Origin: Candidatus Moraniibacteriota bacterium
Lineage (GTDB): Bacteria > Patescibacteriota > Minisyncoccia > Moranbacterales > UBA1568
Reading direction: 5' to 3'
NCBI GenBank assembly: GCA_018062205.1
Contig: JAGOSP010000005.1
Span: forward strand, 1 to 58,230
Length of the DNA stretch: 58,230 nucleotides
In this document: piece after piece, positions 46,828-55,970 of the stretch
Layout of the letters: each line of letters begins with the position of its first letter
Numbering within the stretch: the first letter of the stretch is position 1
The notes under the pieces: model-generated
Told to the model about the DNA's origin: nothing
What the model saw: the letters and a program-made list of their open reading frames with translations, nothing else
The model's database searches: none
Translations under genes and position numbers: made by a program

Positions 46828-47880
46828 TTAAATCCCATAACACTTTCGATGATAAAATCTCATCATGTATTTACCGTATATACTCGTACTCATAAAACGA
46901 ATACGGTCGGCCTCAACTCTTGATCTTAACATCCTTCCTATAACTGGAAGTGAACCGTTTTTTGCCACCCGATAATCTAAAAAGGGAAATGCTGCAGCAT
47001 TTCGCATCTCAAACGCATCGCTCGATGGAACCAACAAAAGTGTTGCAGCGCTAGCAAGCGCTGTTACAAGATATAAGTTTGGGATAAATTCATAAGAGCA
47101 AGACATCGCATCCTTAAAAAGCTCTCCCGACGTCTCCGATGAAGTAAAGCTAACTTCTAATGATTCAAAATATCTCAACGCAGAAGCATATTGAACAGCG
47201 CTCCCCAAAAGATCAGGCGACAAATTACTACAATCATCTCTCCTTCGACATTAACGGCTCTTCGTATTGCATCGTCTGCTTTTTTGCAAAAAATACCGCT
47301 CTCTCGGTATCATACATTCTTGTGTCTATCGTATAATTAGGATAATCGAGTGATTCTCCTCGCAGCTTATCTTCAGTAATCATTCTATTGCAATACGCCA
47401 TTTGTGCATATCGGTACGACAAAGAAGCAAGGATAGATTCATTTGCATACCCATTCTTTTCCAGAATCTCTAGATAAGCCAGATAAATATACAGCCCCTG
47501 AACTGTATAATGAAATGGGTTTTTTCTTTCTAACCATTTCAAAATCTTTCGGACGCAAAATCTCAGCTTCTTTTAAAAAAACCAACTCTGTATGACTATT
47601 TACATAGTCATACAATTCATAAATATTTCCGCTGTTACTGTATTTTGAAAAACAAAATAGGCACCTTATTTTGTGTACTAATGACTTATGTTGTTTTTTA
47701 CATCATCTACAAAAAAACTTCTTGCAACATTATCATCAACAGACAAAAGCTCTATTCTTTCGATACAATTTCCTTCTAAGAATACATTCGTAATGAAAAA
47801 CGTAAGAAAAAAAATACGAAAAACAAGACTCGCCTCGTAAAAATCTTTCGGTTTTTAGACAGGAAAAAACATTCACACTA
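46828..47880 (-). pseudogene. Decayed tandem paralog of the 47916-49082 gene (multiple frameshifts)
   Basis: ORF fragments 46828-47223 and 47234-47542, plus an unlisted frame near 47560-47680 (SKYSNSGNIYELYDYVNSHTELVFLKEAEIL), align in order with the HRYSDTRGNVYEIYDYIQSRPHLAFIQAEADL..., YLAYIEVLKNHGY..., and NQYAAALRY... regions of the neighbour. Confidence 0.65.
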
Positions 47881-47915
47881 GGACAAAACAGGTACTCTTA
47901 TGAGACAGAGACTCT

Positions 47916-49082
47916 TCAACGAAAATCCTCCTCCGTCCATCCGTATCCTATTAACCACAATCTAAACGCGTGCACCCTACTTGCAAGTCTTGCAACATTT
48001 CGTTTACTATAAATATCTATTGCTTTCCGATCTTGAAATCGTGCATCAATAATATAATGGAGGATGCTCCCGTCTGAGATTTCGTCTTTTTTCTTAGTAA
48101 AGTTCAGAAATGGGTACAAAGCTTCTTTTATTTTTTGAGGATCTTCTGGATTCAGGATAACTAGAGTTGAAGCATTCAATATACCGGTGAAATACACTAA
48201 TTGGGGAACATTATTACGAGCATATTCTGTTGCAAAATCAAAAACTTCATCAGCAGTCTTCGGAGAACTATAGTCAGCGCCAACTGATTGTCGATATCGA
48301 AGCGCGGCTGCATACTGGTTCAATCCAACCAAAATATCTCTGGCGGGAAGATCCTTATCAGTTAATTCCCCATTCATTATTCTTACCACATCGTCCTTGG
48401 CGTAATCTGCGAACTGAATAGATTTCTCTATATCACGAGAAATGTACTTCGAAACAGCAAGGGCAGTCTTATCATCTTGTGCCATTTCACTCAAAATTAC
48501 CGTATTGAAATAAGCTGTTTTTGCATATTGATTTGACGCTGTCCCCAAACCTGCGATATCTATATAACCATGATTTTTAAGAACCTCAATATACGCCAAG
48601 TACGCATAACGCGTGTAATCGGTTCCCACCTCAACGGTACGATTTCTAATTCCCTCAAAAACGTCTGGATAAATTAAATCTGCCTCAGCTTGAATAAAAG
48701 CTAGGTGTGGACGACTCTGAATATAATCGTATATTTCATACACATTCCCACGCGTGTCCGAATATCTATGTACAATCCAGTAGGCATCAGCTTTCGTATG
48801 CTGATCATTCGTACCATTTTGTATATCGTCCGCAAAAAAGTTTTGTATCGCCTCTGGATTATTATGCAGCGTACTCTGTATCCAAGCCTCTTTACTCTCC
48901 CTTGCCCGTTCAGCTTCCTTTTCCTGCTCTCTTGGAATAAAAATAAAGTAATAGAAAATTCCACAAAACAAAATAACGACCAAAAAAACACCAAGAATAA
49001 TTTGTAGTATTTTTTTTCTTCTACTGATTTTTATTTTTTCCTCCATAATTATCATGCAAAAACTTACAAAATAAGAAAACAA
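47916..49082 (-). CDS. Membrane-anchored protein of unknown function (about 376-388 aa)
   Basis: N-terminal TM segment (ILQIILGVFLVVILFCGIFYYFIFI) followed by a helical soluble domain. The start could be Met1, Met10 or Met13. Confidence 0.6.
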   Translation of the reverse strand: MFSYFVSFCMIIMEEKIKISRRKKILQIILGVFLVVILFCGIFYYFIFIPREQEKEAERARESKEAWIQSTLHNNPEAIQNFFADDIQNGTNDQHTKADAYWIVHRYSDTRGNVYEIYDYIQSRPHLAFIQAEADLIYPDVFEGIRNRTVEVGTDYTRYAYLAYIEVLKNHGYIDIAGLGTASNQYAKTAYFNTVILSEMAQDDKTALAVSKYISRDIEKSIQFADYAKDDVVRIMNGELTDKDLPARDILVGLNQYAAALRYRQSVGADYSSPKTADEVFDFATEYARNNVPQLVYFTGILNASTLVILNPEDPQKIKEALYPFLNFTKKKDEISDGSILHYIIDARFQDRKAIDIYSKRNVARLASRVHAFRLWLIGYGWTEEDFR

Positions 49083-49115
49083 GATTCGCTCATTTTAGAA
49101 CCGACTTAACCCGAA

Positions 49116-49310
49116 TCACCCAGAACACCCCCCCGAGTCCCCTCCAGTAGGACCCCATTCCCACGCGGCTACATCCGCATGTGCAGTTGGGGTAAGCAAA
49201 GAGTCCTCTTTCAAGTCACCCCCCTTAAAATATCCGCTGATAACTCCTGCGAATCCAGCAACAAAAATACCTAGGAGAAACAAGATCTTCTTTTTTACTT
49301 TAAAAACCAT
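49116..49310 (-). CDS. 64-aa peptide, candidate precursor or substrate peptide
   Basis: MVFKVKKKILFLLGIFVAGFAGVISGYFKGGDLKEDSLLTPTAHADVAAWEWGPTGGDSGGCSG. Hydrophobic N-terminus and a Gly/Ser/Cys-rich C-terminus. Lies 106 nt downstream of the YcaO gene and has its own promoter. Confidence 0.5.
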   Translation of the reverse strand: MVFKVKKKILFLLGIFVAGFAGVISGYFKGGDLKEDSLLTPTAHADVAAWEWGPTGGDSGGCSG

Positions 49311-49361
49311 ATATATTATAGATTATTATCAATTTAATACTTAGCAATTTTAGTCAAATTT

Positions 49362-49390
49362 ATTATCGCAATTCGCATATCAATTGTCAA
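49362..49390 (-). promoter_or_regulatory. Near-consensus promoter directly upstream of the 64-aa peptide gene
   Basis: The minus strand reads TTGACA (49390-49385), a 17-nt spacer, then GATAAT (49367-49362). Confidence 0.5.
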
Positions 49391-49416
49391 GAATTTTGTA
49401 ACTTATTTCTGCATAT

Positions 49417-50934
49417 TTAAGAAAATCCATGAGGCAATGGGTTCAACTTCCAATCAGAAACATTCCGCGATTCTGCGAACTCTTGAAGTCTCTCGCTCTT
49501 GAATGTTCCGTATCCTTCAAATAAATACAATGGAAATGCTTTCGGAATATACACCTGCGCTACAAAGAACCCGAGTGTCTCCTGAATACTATTCTTTGGA
49601 TAATATACTACTGGGTAATAATCGCTCCCGAGTTTTTTTAATACCTTAAGGCACGTCTTCAATCGATTTTTATCATCCTGAATACACCTGAGATCATATC
49701 GACAGGCCTCTGCGTATGATACACATTTCCCGGAACAAAACCATTGAAAACGATCCACTCTCTCTTTTCCGTGCCAATAAAATTGTCGTGATATCTTATC
49801 TAAACGAGAAACAAATGGCTCAAATTCGGCTTCTGCATATTTTTGCCTCTCAACCGGATCTTTGTAGTAAAAAATTTCAATACCGATAATCATTTCTCTC
49901 AACGCATCTTGTATCGCCTCTTCTAAAGTCATCGCTGAGGCAGCTGTTATCGTGACTCCTGGAGTCTCTGACTCTGCATTCACTGCCGCGACAAGAACAG
50001 AGGGTATTGAAAGGGTAGTTGTGTGTAAAATAAAGAGAGATATCCCAATAGACTCAAAGACCTGTATCTGGTGCCTCAAAGAATCTGGGAGACTCTCCTG
50101 TAAAATAATTTCTGGTGGAATCGTTGTGAGCCAATGCACGAGAAATGCATCTCTCTGTACTACCTCAAGTAATCCCCGCAATACTGCCCCCTCCTTTGTA
50201 AAATAGCCAGCAGAACCATTGGTTGTCGCGTGAACAATAATTTTATCCCCAACTCCTCTCGGCTGCAACTGGGAACACCAAGAGGTAATATTAATCGGAA
50301 TATATGTTCTTTCTTGGGTAATTAAGTTTCTTCCTGTCACCCACGTTAATACGTCTGTTTGACTGTAGCGTAATTCAGGAAACCTCTCTTTTTGTTGATC
50401 CAAAAAACGATGGTATTTTGGTGGGTATATAACAGGAAATTTCTCCATCACCTCTTCTGGTGAAGCATTTACTACAAACGTATTTTTATCATAAATCCCC
50501 GATATCACCCTCTCAATTATTTCTCCAAGTGCTTTTGAAAGAGCTACTGATTTATCATTTGCTACGCCCTGTCCCCAAATAAGCAAAGTACGATTCTTAA
50601 AAGATATTTTTTTTGTTGAAAAATAAAAATAGTAGCCGGGATAATGCAAATCTCTTTCGGTTGCGACATCAAAAAACTGTTTCCTTCGAAGGTATTCGAG
50701 TAATACAGAGTACGCTGGACTTGTATCTTTCGAATGAAGAATAAAGAGAGACGCTGAAAATCGAGAGAATCGTACAAAGTAAGAGAGGAAAAAAAAATGT
50801 ACACGATCAATAATCCCAAGAGGAAGCTTCCACTTTCCACTCTTTCTCATGGAATTAATATCTTCCAAGTATTCCCGAACTGAGAGATATCCGGGTCTAT
50901 GAAATAATTCTGAATGAGTATACTTCTTCGACAT
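49417..50934 (-). CDS. YcaO-domain protein (SagD/cyclodehydratase-like)
   Basis: GQGVANDKSVALSKALGEIIERV, TTNGSAGYFTKEGAVLRGLLEVVQRDAF, and a Pro-rich C-terminal tail NPLPHGFS match hallmark YcaO blocks. Confidence 0.8.
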   Translation of the reverse strand: MSKKYTHSELFHRPGYLSVREYLEDINSMRKSGKWKLPLGIIDRVHFFFLSYFVRFSRFSASLFILHSKDTSPAYSVLLEYLRRKQFFDVATERDLHYPGYYFYFSTKKISFKNRTLLIWGQGVANDKSVALSKALGEIIERVISGIYDKNTFVVNASPEEVMEKFPVIYPPKYHRFLDQQKERFPELRYSQTDVLTWVTGRNLITQERTYIPINITSWCSQLQPRGVGDKIIVHATTNGSAGYFTKEGAVLRGLLEVVQRDAFLVHWLTTIPPEIILQESLPDSLRHQIQVFESIGISLFILHTTTLSIPSVLVAAVNAESETPGVTITAASAMTLEEAIQDALREMIIGIEIFYYKDPVERQKYAEAEFEPFVSRLDKISRQFYWHGKERVDRFQWFCSGKCVSYAEACRYDLRCIQDDKNRLKTCLKVLKKLGSDYYPVVYYPKNSIQETLGFFVAQVYIPKAFPLYLFEGYGTFKSERLQEFAESRNVSDWKLNPLPHGFS

Positions 50935-50952
50935 AAAACAATGTGCTCTTCC

Positions 50953-51708
50953 TTAAAAAAATAGCGTGTAAACAACTTTTTCATCCAAAGTCCCAAGTCC
51001 CATCATGCGCTCAGTCACGCTCTCATTGGTACCTCCAATCGGAATAATATTAATACATTTCTCCGTTCCTGCCAATAGCATATTTTGAGCTACATGACCA
51101 GCTTCAAGCAAAATATAGCGATATCCACGACTTCCGTATTTATCTGTAGTCCTTTCAAAAACGCTTGTCATGCAAATCATCCCCGTCGCACCACGCAAAT
51201 ATTTCCGAGGATTAATACTTGATCTATCCTCTAATGTGAATTCTCTACGAACAACAGGTTCAAGGGTATGCTCCTGTATCCCGTAATGATAAATGCCTGT
51301 CTGGAGCGAATCTACCGGCTTAAAAAGAAATACGTACATTTCAAGAGGATATCTCTTCCCAGCTGATGGGACAGTCCTATTTTCCTTTCGATATGATTCT
51401 TTTTTTGAACATCCTTGTAAACCATACCCACAACGGAGAACATAGGAAAGCATCGGTAGCGTGGACGCCGCAGGCTTATTATCAGAAAAATATTCTACAC
51501 TCGAACGACGCTTTGAAAGCATACTTTCAAAAAATACCCCGCTTGTTTGTGGCAAAGAAACTGGCTTCAACAGATGATACCTTTTATATTCAATCCGCTT
51601 CCATGCTTCCGGCCAATCCTGAGGATCCTTGGGTATTTTTACCGCACCTTTTTCTAATTTATCATTAGTCTCATGATGAAAAAAATTGAAGAGAAAAAAC
51701 AGGGACAT
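50953..51708 (-). CDS. SagB-type (McbC-like, nitroreductase-fold) dehydrogenase
   Basis: KRRSSVEYF, RTVPSAGKRYPLEMYVF, GIYHY, and ILLEAGHVAQNMLLAG motifs. Lies 18 nt upstream of the YcaO gene. Confidence 0.8.
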   Translation of the reverse strand: MSLFFLFNFFHHETNDKLEKGAVKIPKDPQDWPEAWKRIEYKRYHLLKPVSLPQTSGVFFESMLSKRRSSVEYFSDNKPAASTLPMLSYVLRCGYGLQGCSKKESYRKENRTVPSAGKRYPLEMYVFLFKPVDSLQTGIYHYGIQEHTLEPVVRREFTLEDRSSINPRKYLRGATGMICMTSVFERTTDKYGSRGYRYILLEAGHVAQNMLLAGTEKCINIIPIGGTNESVTERMMGLGTLDEKVVYTLFF

Positions 51709-51763
51709 AGTGTTGTTATTCTGATTTTTTAATCAAATCGAGTATTGTAAAAAATACTCACGC

Positions 51764-53419
51764 TCAATTCTGCATTTCATCTATTCTATAAAGTTCACAC
51801 ACATGCGTAGAAATGTAAAGAGTCCTCTTTCCCTCGGTCAAATACTCTATAGACACCCTATTCACAATTCTTTCGGTAAGCTGAATCTGGGAGAGCAACT
51901 TACCTGTATAGAGATCTAATTCGTAGAGTCTTCCATCATTGCTTCCAATAAACACACTCTCGGAACTCAATGTCGGACTTGCAAAAATCCGACCAGCAGT
52001 CTCAAATATCCACTCAGTTTTCTTGGTGATAAGGTTAAAACAATACACATTCTTATCCATCGATCCACTCACCACATATTCGTCCTTAATAAGAGGGGTC
52101 GAATAGAATCCAAATCGCGCCTCAAATTTATAAAAAAGCTTCCCGTTACTCGCATGAAGAACGTATAAGCCGCCATCCATACTCCCAAATAGAATAAGAT
52201 TTCGCTTTGAATCAAAAGCTGCTCCTTGCTTTATCATTCCGTCAGTTTTAAAAACCCAAGAAATATTTCCTTTTCTTTTGTTAAAAGCATAGAAACACTT
52301 ATCATCACAACCACAAAACACCAATTCGCTTTTCTTATCTATCACTGGGGAAGCAGATATTTTCCCTACTATCTCATAGTTTTTCCAGAGCACCTCTCCG
52401 GTTCTCACATCCAGAGCAACAATCCCACCTTGTTTTGAGGGAAGAGAAAACTCAAGCCCTATATAAACCACTCCTTGTGTATTATCGATACATGGTGATG
52501 AGCCAACCCAGTCAGCATCCATGTACACCCAGATACGCTTTCCTGAAAATCGGTCTAAACAATAGACATTTCCATCATATGCCCCAAACACCACACTATC
52601 TTTGTCTATTGCTGGGGACGAAAAAATTTGTTTCCCACGAAAACCAAAAAGTACTTTGTACTTCCACACGACATCACCATTATCTGCTCGTAAGCAATAC
52701 AAAAAGCCATCATCTGATCCTATGTATACGTATCCTTCCACAACAAGAGCGTTTGATTTTGATTCAACAGAATATAAATTTGGCTTGTCCGTGAGTCTTA
52801 CCTTATAGTTAATCGCATATTTTTTATTTGGAAATACAGCCCGATCCACAAGATTACTCACCGGTAAGACGTGTTTGAAGTCATCCAAATCGAAAATACT
52901 GACGACAGATATCCCTTGGTCAATCAAATCTTGATAGTATGCTTTATTCCTATACCGAAGACAGACGAAAACAGCCGCAACCTTAAGCCCGAGATCTTCC
53001 AAAATTTTTATTTGCTTCCGCATAGTTGTACCGGAGTTCAAAATATCGTCAACAAGAATAATTGGAAAATCAGGGGAAAGCTCCCCCTCAATCATATTTG
53101 CCAAATCACCCTTCTTGCGAGACTTTCTTATATAAAAACCACTCGCTACAATTCCGCCTTCCGCCTGCAATAAAACTCCCGCTACCAAAGGTATCGCTCC
53201 AACCTCCATGCCACCTATTTGCAATCGCCCTGGGTACTGATATCGAAAGGTTTTCCAAAAATATTCTGCGTATTCTTGTAAAAAAAACTTTGACAGACAT
53301 TGTCCTTTAAAATCAAAAATCCATTTTTCCATCTTACCAGTTGAAGCGAGAGAGATGGCTCGTATCTCATCTTCCTTGTACACTTTATCTCTGAGTATCT
53401 TAAATAAAATATCCGACAT
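51764..53419 (-). CDS. Fusion protein: N-terminal type I phosphoribosyltransferase domain plus C-terminal PQQ-like (BamB-like) beta-propeller
   Basis: PRPP loop FPIILVDDILNSGTTM. Then about 7-8 repeats such as VYIGSDDGFLYCLRADNGDVVWKY, VVFGAYDGNVYCLDRFSGKRIW, and VFIGSNDGRLYELDLYTGK. Confidence 0.8.
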   Translation of the reverse strand: MSDILFKILRDKVYKEDEIRAISLASTGKMEKWIFDFKGQCLSKFFLQEYAEYFWKTFRYQYPGRLQIGGMEVGAIPLVAGVLLQAEGGIVASGFYIRKSRKKGDLANMIEGELSPDFPIILVDDILNSGTTMRKQIKILEDLGLKVAAVFVCLRYRNKAYYQDLIDQGISVVSIFDLDDFKHVLPVSNLVDRAVFPNKKYAINYKVRLTDKPNLYSVESKSNALVVEGYVYIGSDDGFLYCLRADNGDVVWKYKVLFGFRGKQIFSSPAIDKDSVVFGAYDGNVYCLDRFSGKRIWVYMDADWVGSSPCIDNTQGVVYIGLEFSLPSKQGGIVALDVRTGEVLWKNYEIVGKISASPVIDKKSELVFCGCDDKCFYAFNKRKGNISWVFKTDGMIKQGAAFDSKRNLILFGSMDGGLYVLHASNGKLFYKFEARFGFYSTPLIKDEYVVSGSMDKNVYCFNLITKKTEWIFETAGRIFASPTLSSESVFIGSNDGRLYELDLYTGKLLSQIQLTERIVNRVSIEYLTEGKRTLYISTHVCELYRIDEMQN

Positions 53420-53499
53420 AATTCTGAAGAGAAAAAACGAAGACTTTCGATGGAATTAAGGTCAACACCATCAGAGTAGAATACCAAATAAATCGACTA

Positions 53500-53528
53500 T
53501 TGACAATAAAACATATCTGTGATATTTT
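53500..53528 (+). promoter_or_regulatory. Putative promoter of the lipoprotein gene
   Basis: TTGACA, a 17-nt spacer, then TATTTT. Confidence 0.4.
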
Positions 53529-53601
53529 CGAAGTACAGTTGGCTCAAAGACCAATTTTTATAAAGTAGATCTTTTACACCTACACCACAGGAGACGGCAA
53601 A

Positions 53602-54045
53602 ATGAAAAAGTATCTTATTGGAATCGCGTTGATCCCTACTCTCATAGCGGGATGCAGTACCCTACCCAAAGGTCAAACGACAGCTGCGGCAGAAAAGTTC
53701 GTGAATGAGCTTGTGGTGTCCGGCGTACCACAAGAATGTGCTCTTTTTTTCGGCGCATTTCGCGGGCGACTCGCCCGCGGATCAACGTCGCTGAAATGGC
53801 TCTGGGTAACGGACGTTACCCAGGATTGCAAGGTGAGAGCAGCTCTCCAGTCGGATGAAAATCCGCCACGAGAAGAAGAGCTGAGGAATGGGGCGATACA
53901 CAATGGCGTACTGTCATTCCATTGTGGGATGATATCCCCCAATACCGATTGCCGCTTCGAACGAAGCGGGGAGGATATCCACTTTAACGCTATATTCCCC
54001 GGGGATGGAGCCTCTGGGAATCGGGCCATCCTTGAAAGGATTTAG
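53602..54045 (+). CDS. Lipoprotein (147 aa), more G+C-rich than its surroundings
   Basis: CAGGAGA RBS. Signal peptide with lipobox LIAGC. A strong terminator lies downstream. Confidence 0.75.
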   Translation: MKKYLIGIALIPTLIAGCSTLPKGQTTAAAEKFVNELVVSGVPQECALFFGAFRGRLARGSTSLKWLWVTDVTQDCKVRAALQSDENPPREEELRNGAIHNGVLSFHCGMISPNTDCRFERSGEDIHFNAIFPGDGASGNRAILERI

Positions 54046-54058
54046 AGGATGGATGGTC

Positions 54059-54093
54059 AACACGGGGCTGCTTTTGACCCCGTGTTTTTTTTG
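54059..54093 (+). terminator. Intrinsic terminator of the lipoprotein gene
   Basis: AACACGGGG-ctgcttttga-CCCCGTGTT hairpin followed by T7. Confidence 0.7.
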
Positions 54094-54204
54094 TTTCTAA
54101 TAAATCGAGTGAATTAAAAAAATGAGGTGTTAAAAACTCCGATCCATGCAGTACTCAAGCCAATAAGGTAACCTTTAACTCAATACGCTGAGTCTGGCTT
54201 GTAA

Positions 54205-55065
54205 AAAAAGTGTCTGGAATGCGGTTCCTCTCACAACAAGAAGGACGGAAAACAAAGAAATATTCAACGGTACAAATGTCTCGTCTGCGATAAACGTTTT
54301 CAAAACGTAAAACAGCCGAAGAGGAGATATTCGGATCTTTGGAAGCAATATGTCTGGGATAAGCAGTCACTCGTACAGTTTGCCGAGAAGTATCAGCGAA
54401 GCCTCCCTTGTATTCAAAAGCAGCTCGGATTGGTTGTTCTCGAACAAGATCGCATCGATCCTCAGTCTCTCGTCTTCGTTGCCGATGTCTCCTTTTTCTC
54501 CCGTGGTAATGGCATGCTCGTGTTCCGGTCTCCGAGACTGAAGAGGACTCTCCTGTGGCGATTCGTTCAGGGAGAGAATCCGACGATGTACCGGGACGCG
54601 AGAAGAGAGCTCGAAGAGCAAAGTTTTATCTTCCTCGTCATCGTTCTTGATGGCAGGAGAGGTGCGAGAGCAGTGTTTTCGGACATTCCCATCCAAATGT
54701 GCCACTTCCATCAGAAAGCCCTCCTGAGACAGTATCTCACACTGAAACCGAAACTTCTCGCAAGACAAGAACTGCTTGCCATCAGGAGAACGCTCGCCTT
54801 CGTTCGTGAGAAGGCTTTCGGGAAACTCCTCGATGAGTGGTTCGGACGATGGGAGGATTTCCTTCGAGAAAAGACTCTCGAAAGTGATGGAAAACACTGG
54901 CACTACACGCACAAGAAAATCCGGTCAGCATATCACAGTTTGAAAAACAATCTCCCGCATCTGTTCACACTTCAAAGATACCCAGAACTCAAGATTCCGA
55001 ACACGACCAATTCCCTTGATGGATTTTTCAGCAAAAGGAAAACGCTCCATTCTCCCAAGAGGTAA
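54205..55065 (+). mobile_element. Transposase remnant (N-terminal zinc ribbon plus DDE-like core; lacks a start codon and appears C-terminally short)
   Basis: The open frame reads KKCLECGSSHNKKDGKQRNIQRYKCLVCDKRF (zinc ribbon as in IS1/IS1595-type transposases), then ...VFVADVSFF..., ...VIVLDGRRG..., ...QMCHFHQKA..., and ...IPNTTNSLDGFFSKRK. There is no ATG, GTG or TTG before 54430. Confidence 0.6.
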
Positions 55066-55181
55066 CCTCTATAGTCCATGTTGCTGCATAGAACGGATAT
55101 CCTCAAGATACTCCTTCAAAGAAATATACCCTAGCCAACAAAAAAGTTTGGACGGATCATTCATACTCTGCGCCTATTTCA

Positions 55182-55928
55182 TTACAAGAACAATGTATAG
55201 ACTATTCTTTCTTCAAGGGTACCCAATCCCATCATGCCCTCAATAACGTTTTCGTTCGTTCCCCCAACAGGAATAAGATTCACTCCTTTTTCTGTACCAG
55301 CCAACAACATATTCTGAGCAACATGCCCTGCTTCAAGTAACACGAATCGATAACCGCGGCTCCCATATTTACTTGTTGTCCGCTTAAACAAACCCGTCAT
55401 ACAAATCATCCCCCATGATTCGTATAAAAATTCTTGCGGTGAAATGGCCGCTATTTCTTCTTTTGAAAACGTCCGTTGAACGAGGATTTCTAAGGCGTGT
55501 TTTTTGACACCATAATGATAGATGCCTGCCCGCACACTTCCAATAGGCTTAAAAAGAAAAACGTAAATCTCCAAGGGATACCGTTTACCAGCTGATGGCA
55601 CAGTTCTATGTTCTTGTCGTTTTCCTAATCTTGAATCACCCTGAAGTCCATATCCACACCGCAACACAGAAGAGAGTTTTTCAATTGTCCACACATTATT
55701 ACCGAAGTGGGCTGTACTCGAACGACGCTTCAGTAATAGATCCCACAATCCACACTCGGTTTCTTGAGGAAGCGCTACTGGTTGAAATAAGTGATAGGTT
55801 TTATATTCAATTTTTTTCCATTCCTCTGGCCAATCACGAGGATCCTTAGGAACATTAACGAGACCTTTTTCTGATCGATCAACGGTTTCGTTATGAAAAA
55901 AAGCGTACAGAAATGATGGGTTTGACAT
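55182..55928 (-). CDS. Second SagB-type dehydrogenase (paralog of 50953-51708)
   Basis: Alignable end to end with the first copy. Shared blocks are RTVPSAGKRYPLE, LLEAGHVAQNMLLAGTEK, and MMGLGTL. Confidence 0.78.
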   Translation of the reverse strand: MSNPSFLYAFFHNETVDRSEKGLVNVPKDPRDWPEEWKKIEYKTYHLFQPVALPQETECGLWDLLLKRRSSTAHFGNNVWTIEKLSSVLRCGYGLQGDSRLGKRQEHRTVPSAGKRYPLEIYVFLFKPIGSVRAGIYHYGVKKHALEILVQRTFSKEEIAAISPQEFLYESWGMICMTGLFKRTTSKYGSRGYRFVLLEAGHVAQNMLLAGTEKGVNLIPVGGTNENVIEGMMGLGTLEERIVYTLFL

Positions 55929-55970
55929 ACGAGGTATTCTCTAATTTTTCTAAATACATGGTAACGAAGA

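Noticed and set aside
54367-54912. 181-aa minus-strand ORF.
   Set aside because: It is antisense to the frame that carries clear transposase features (zinc ribbon, DDE-like blocks) and has no motif of its own.
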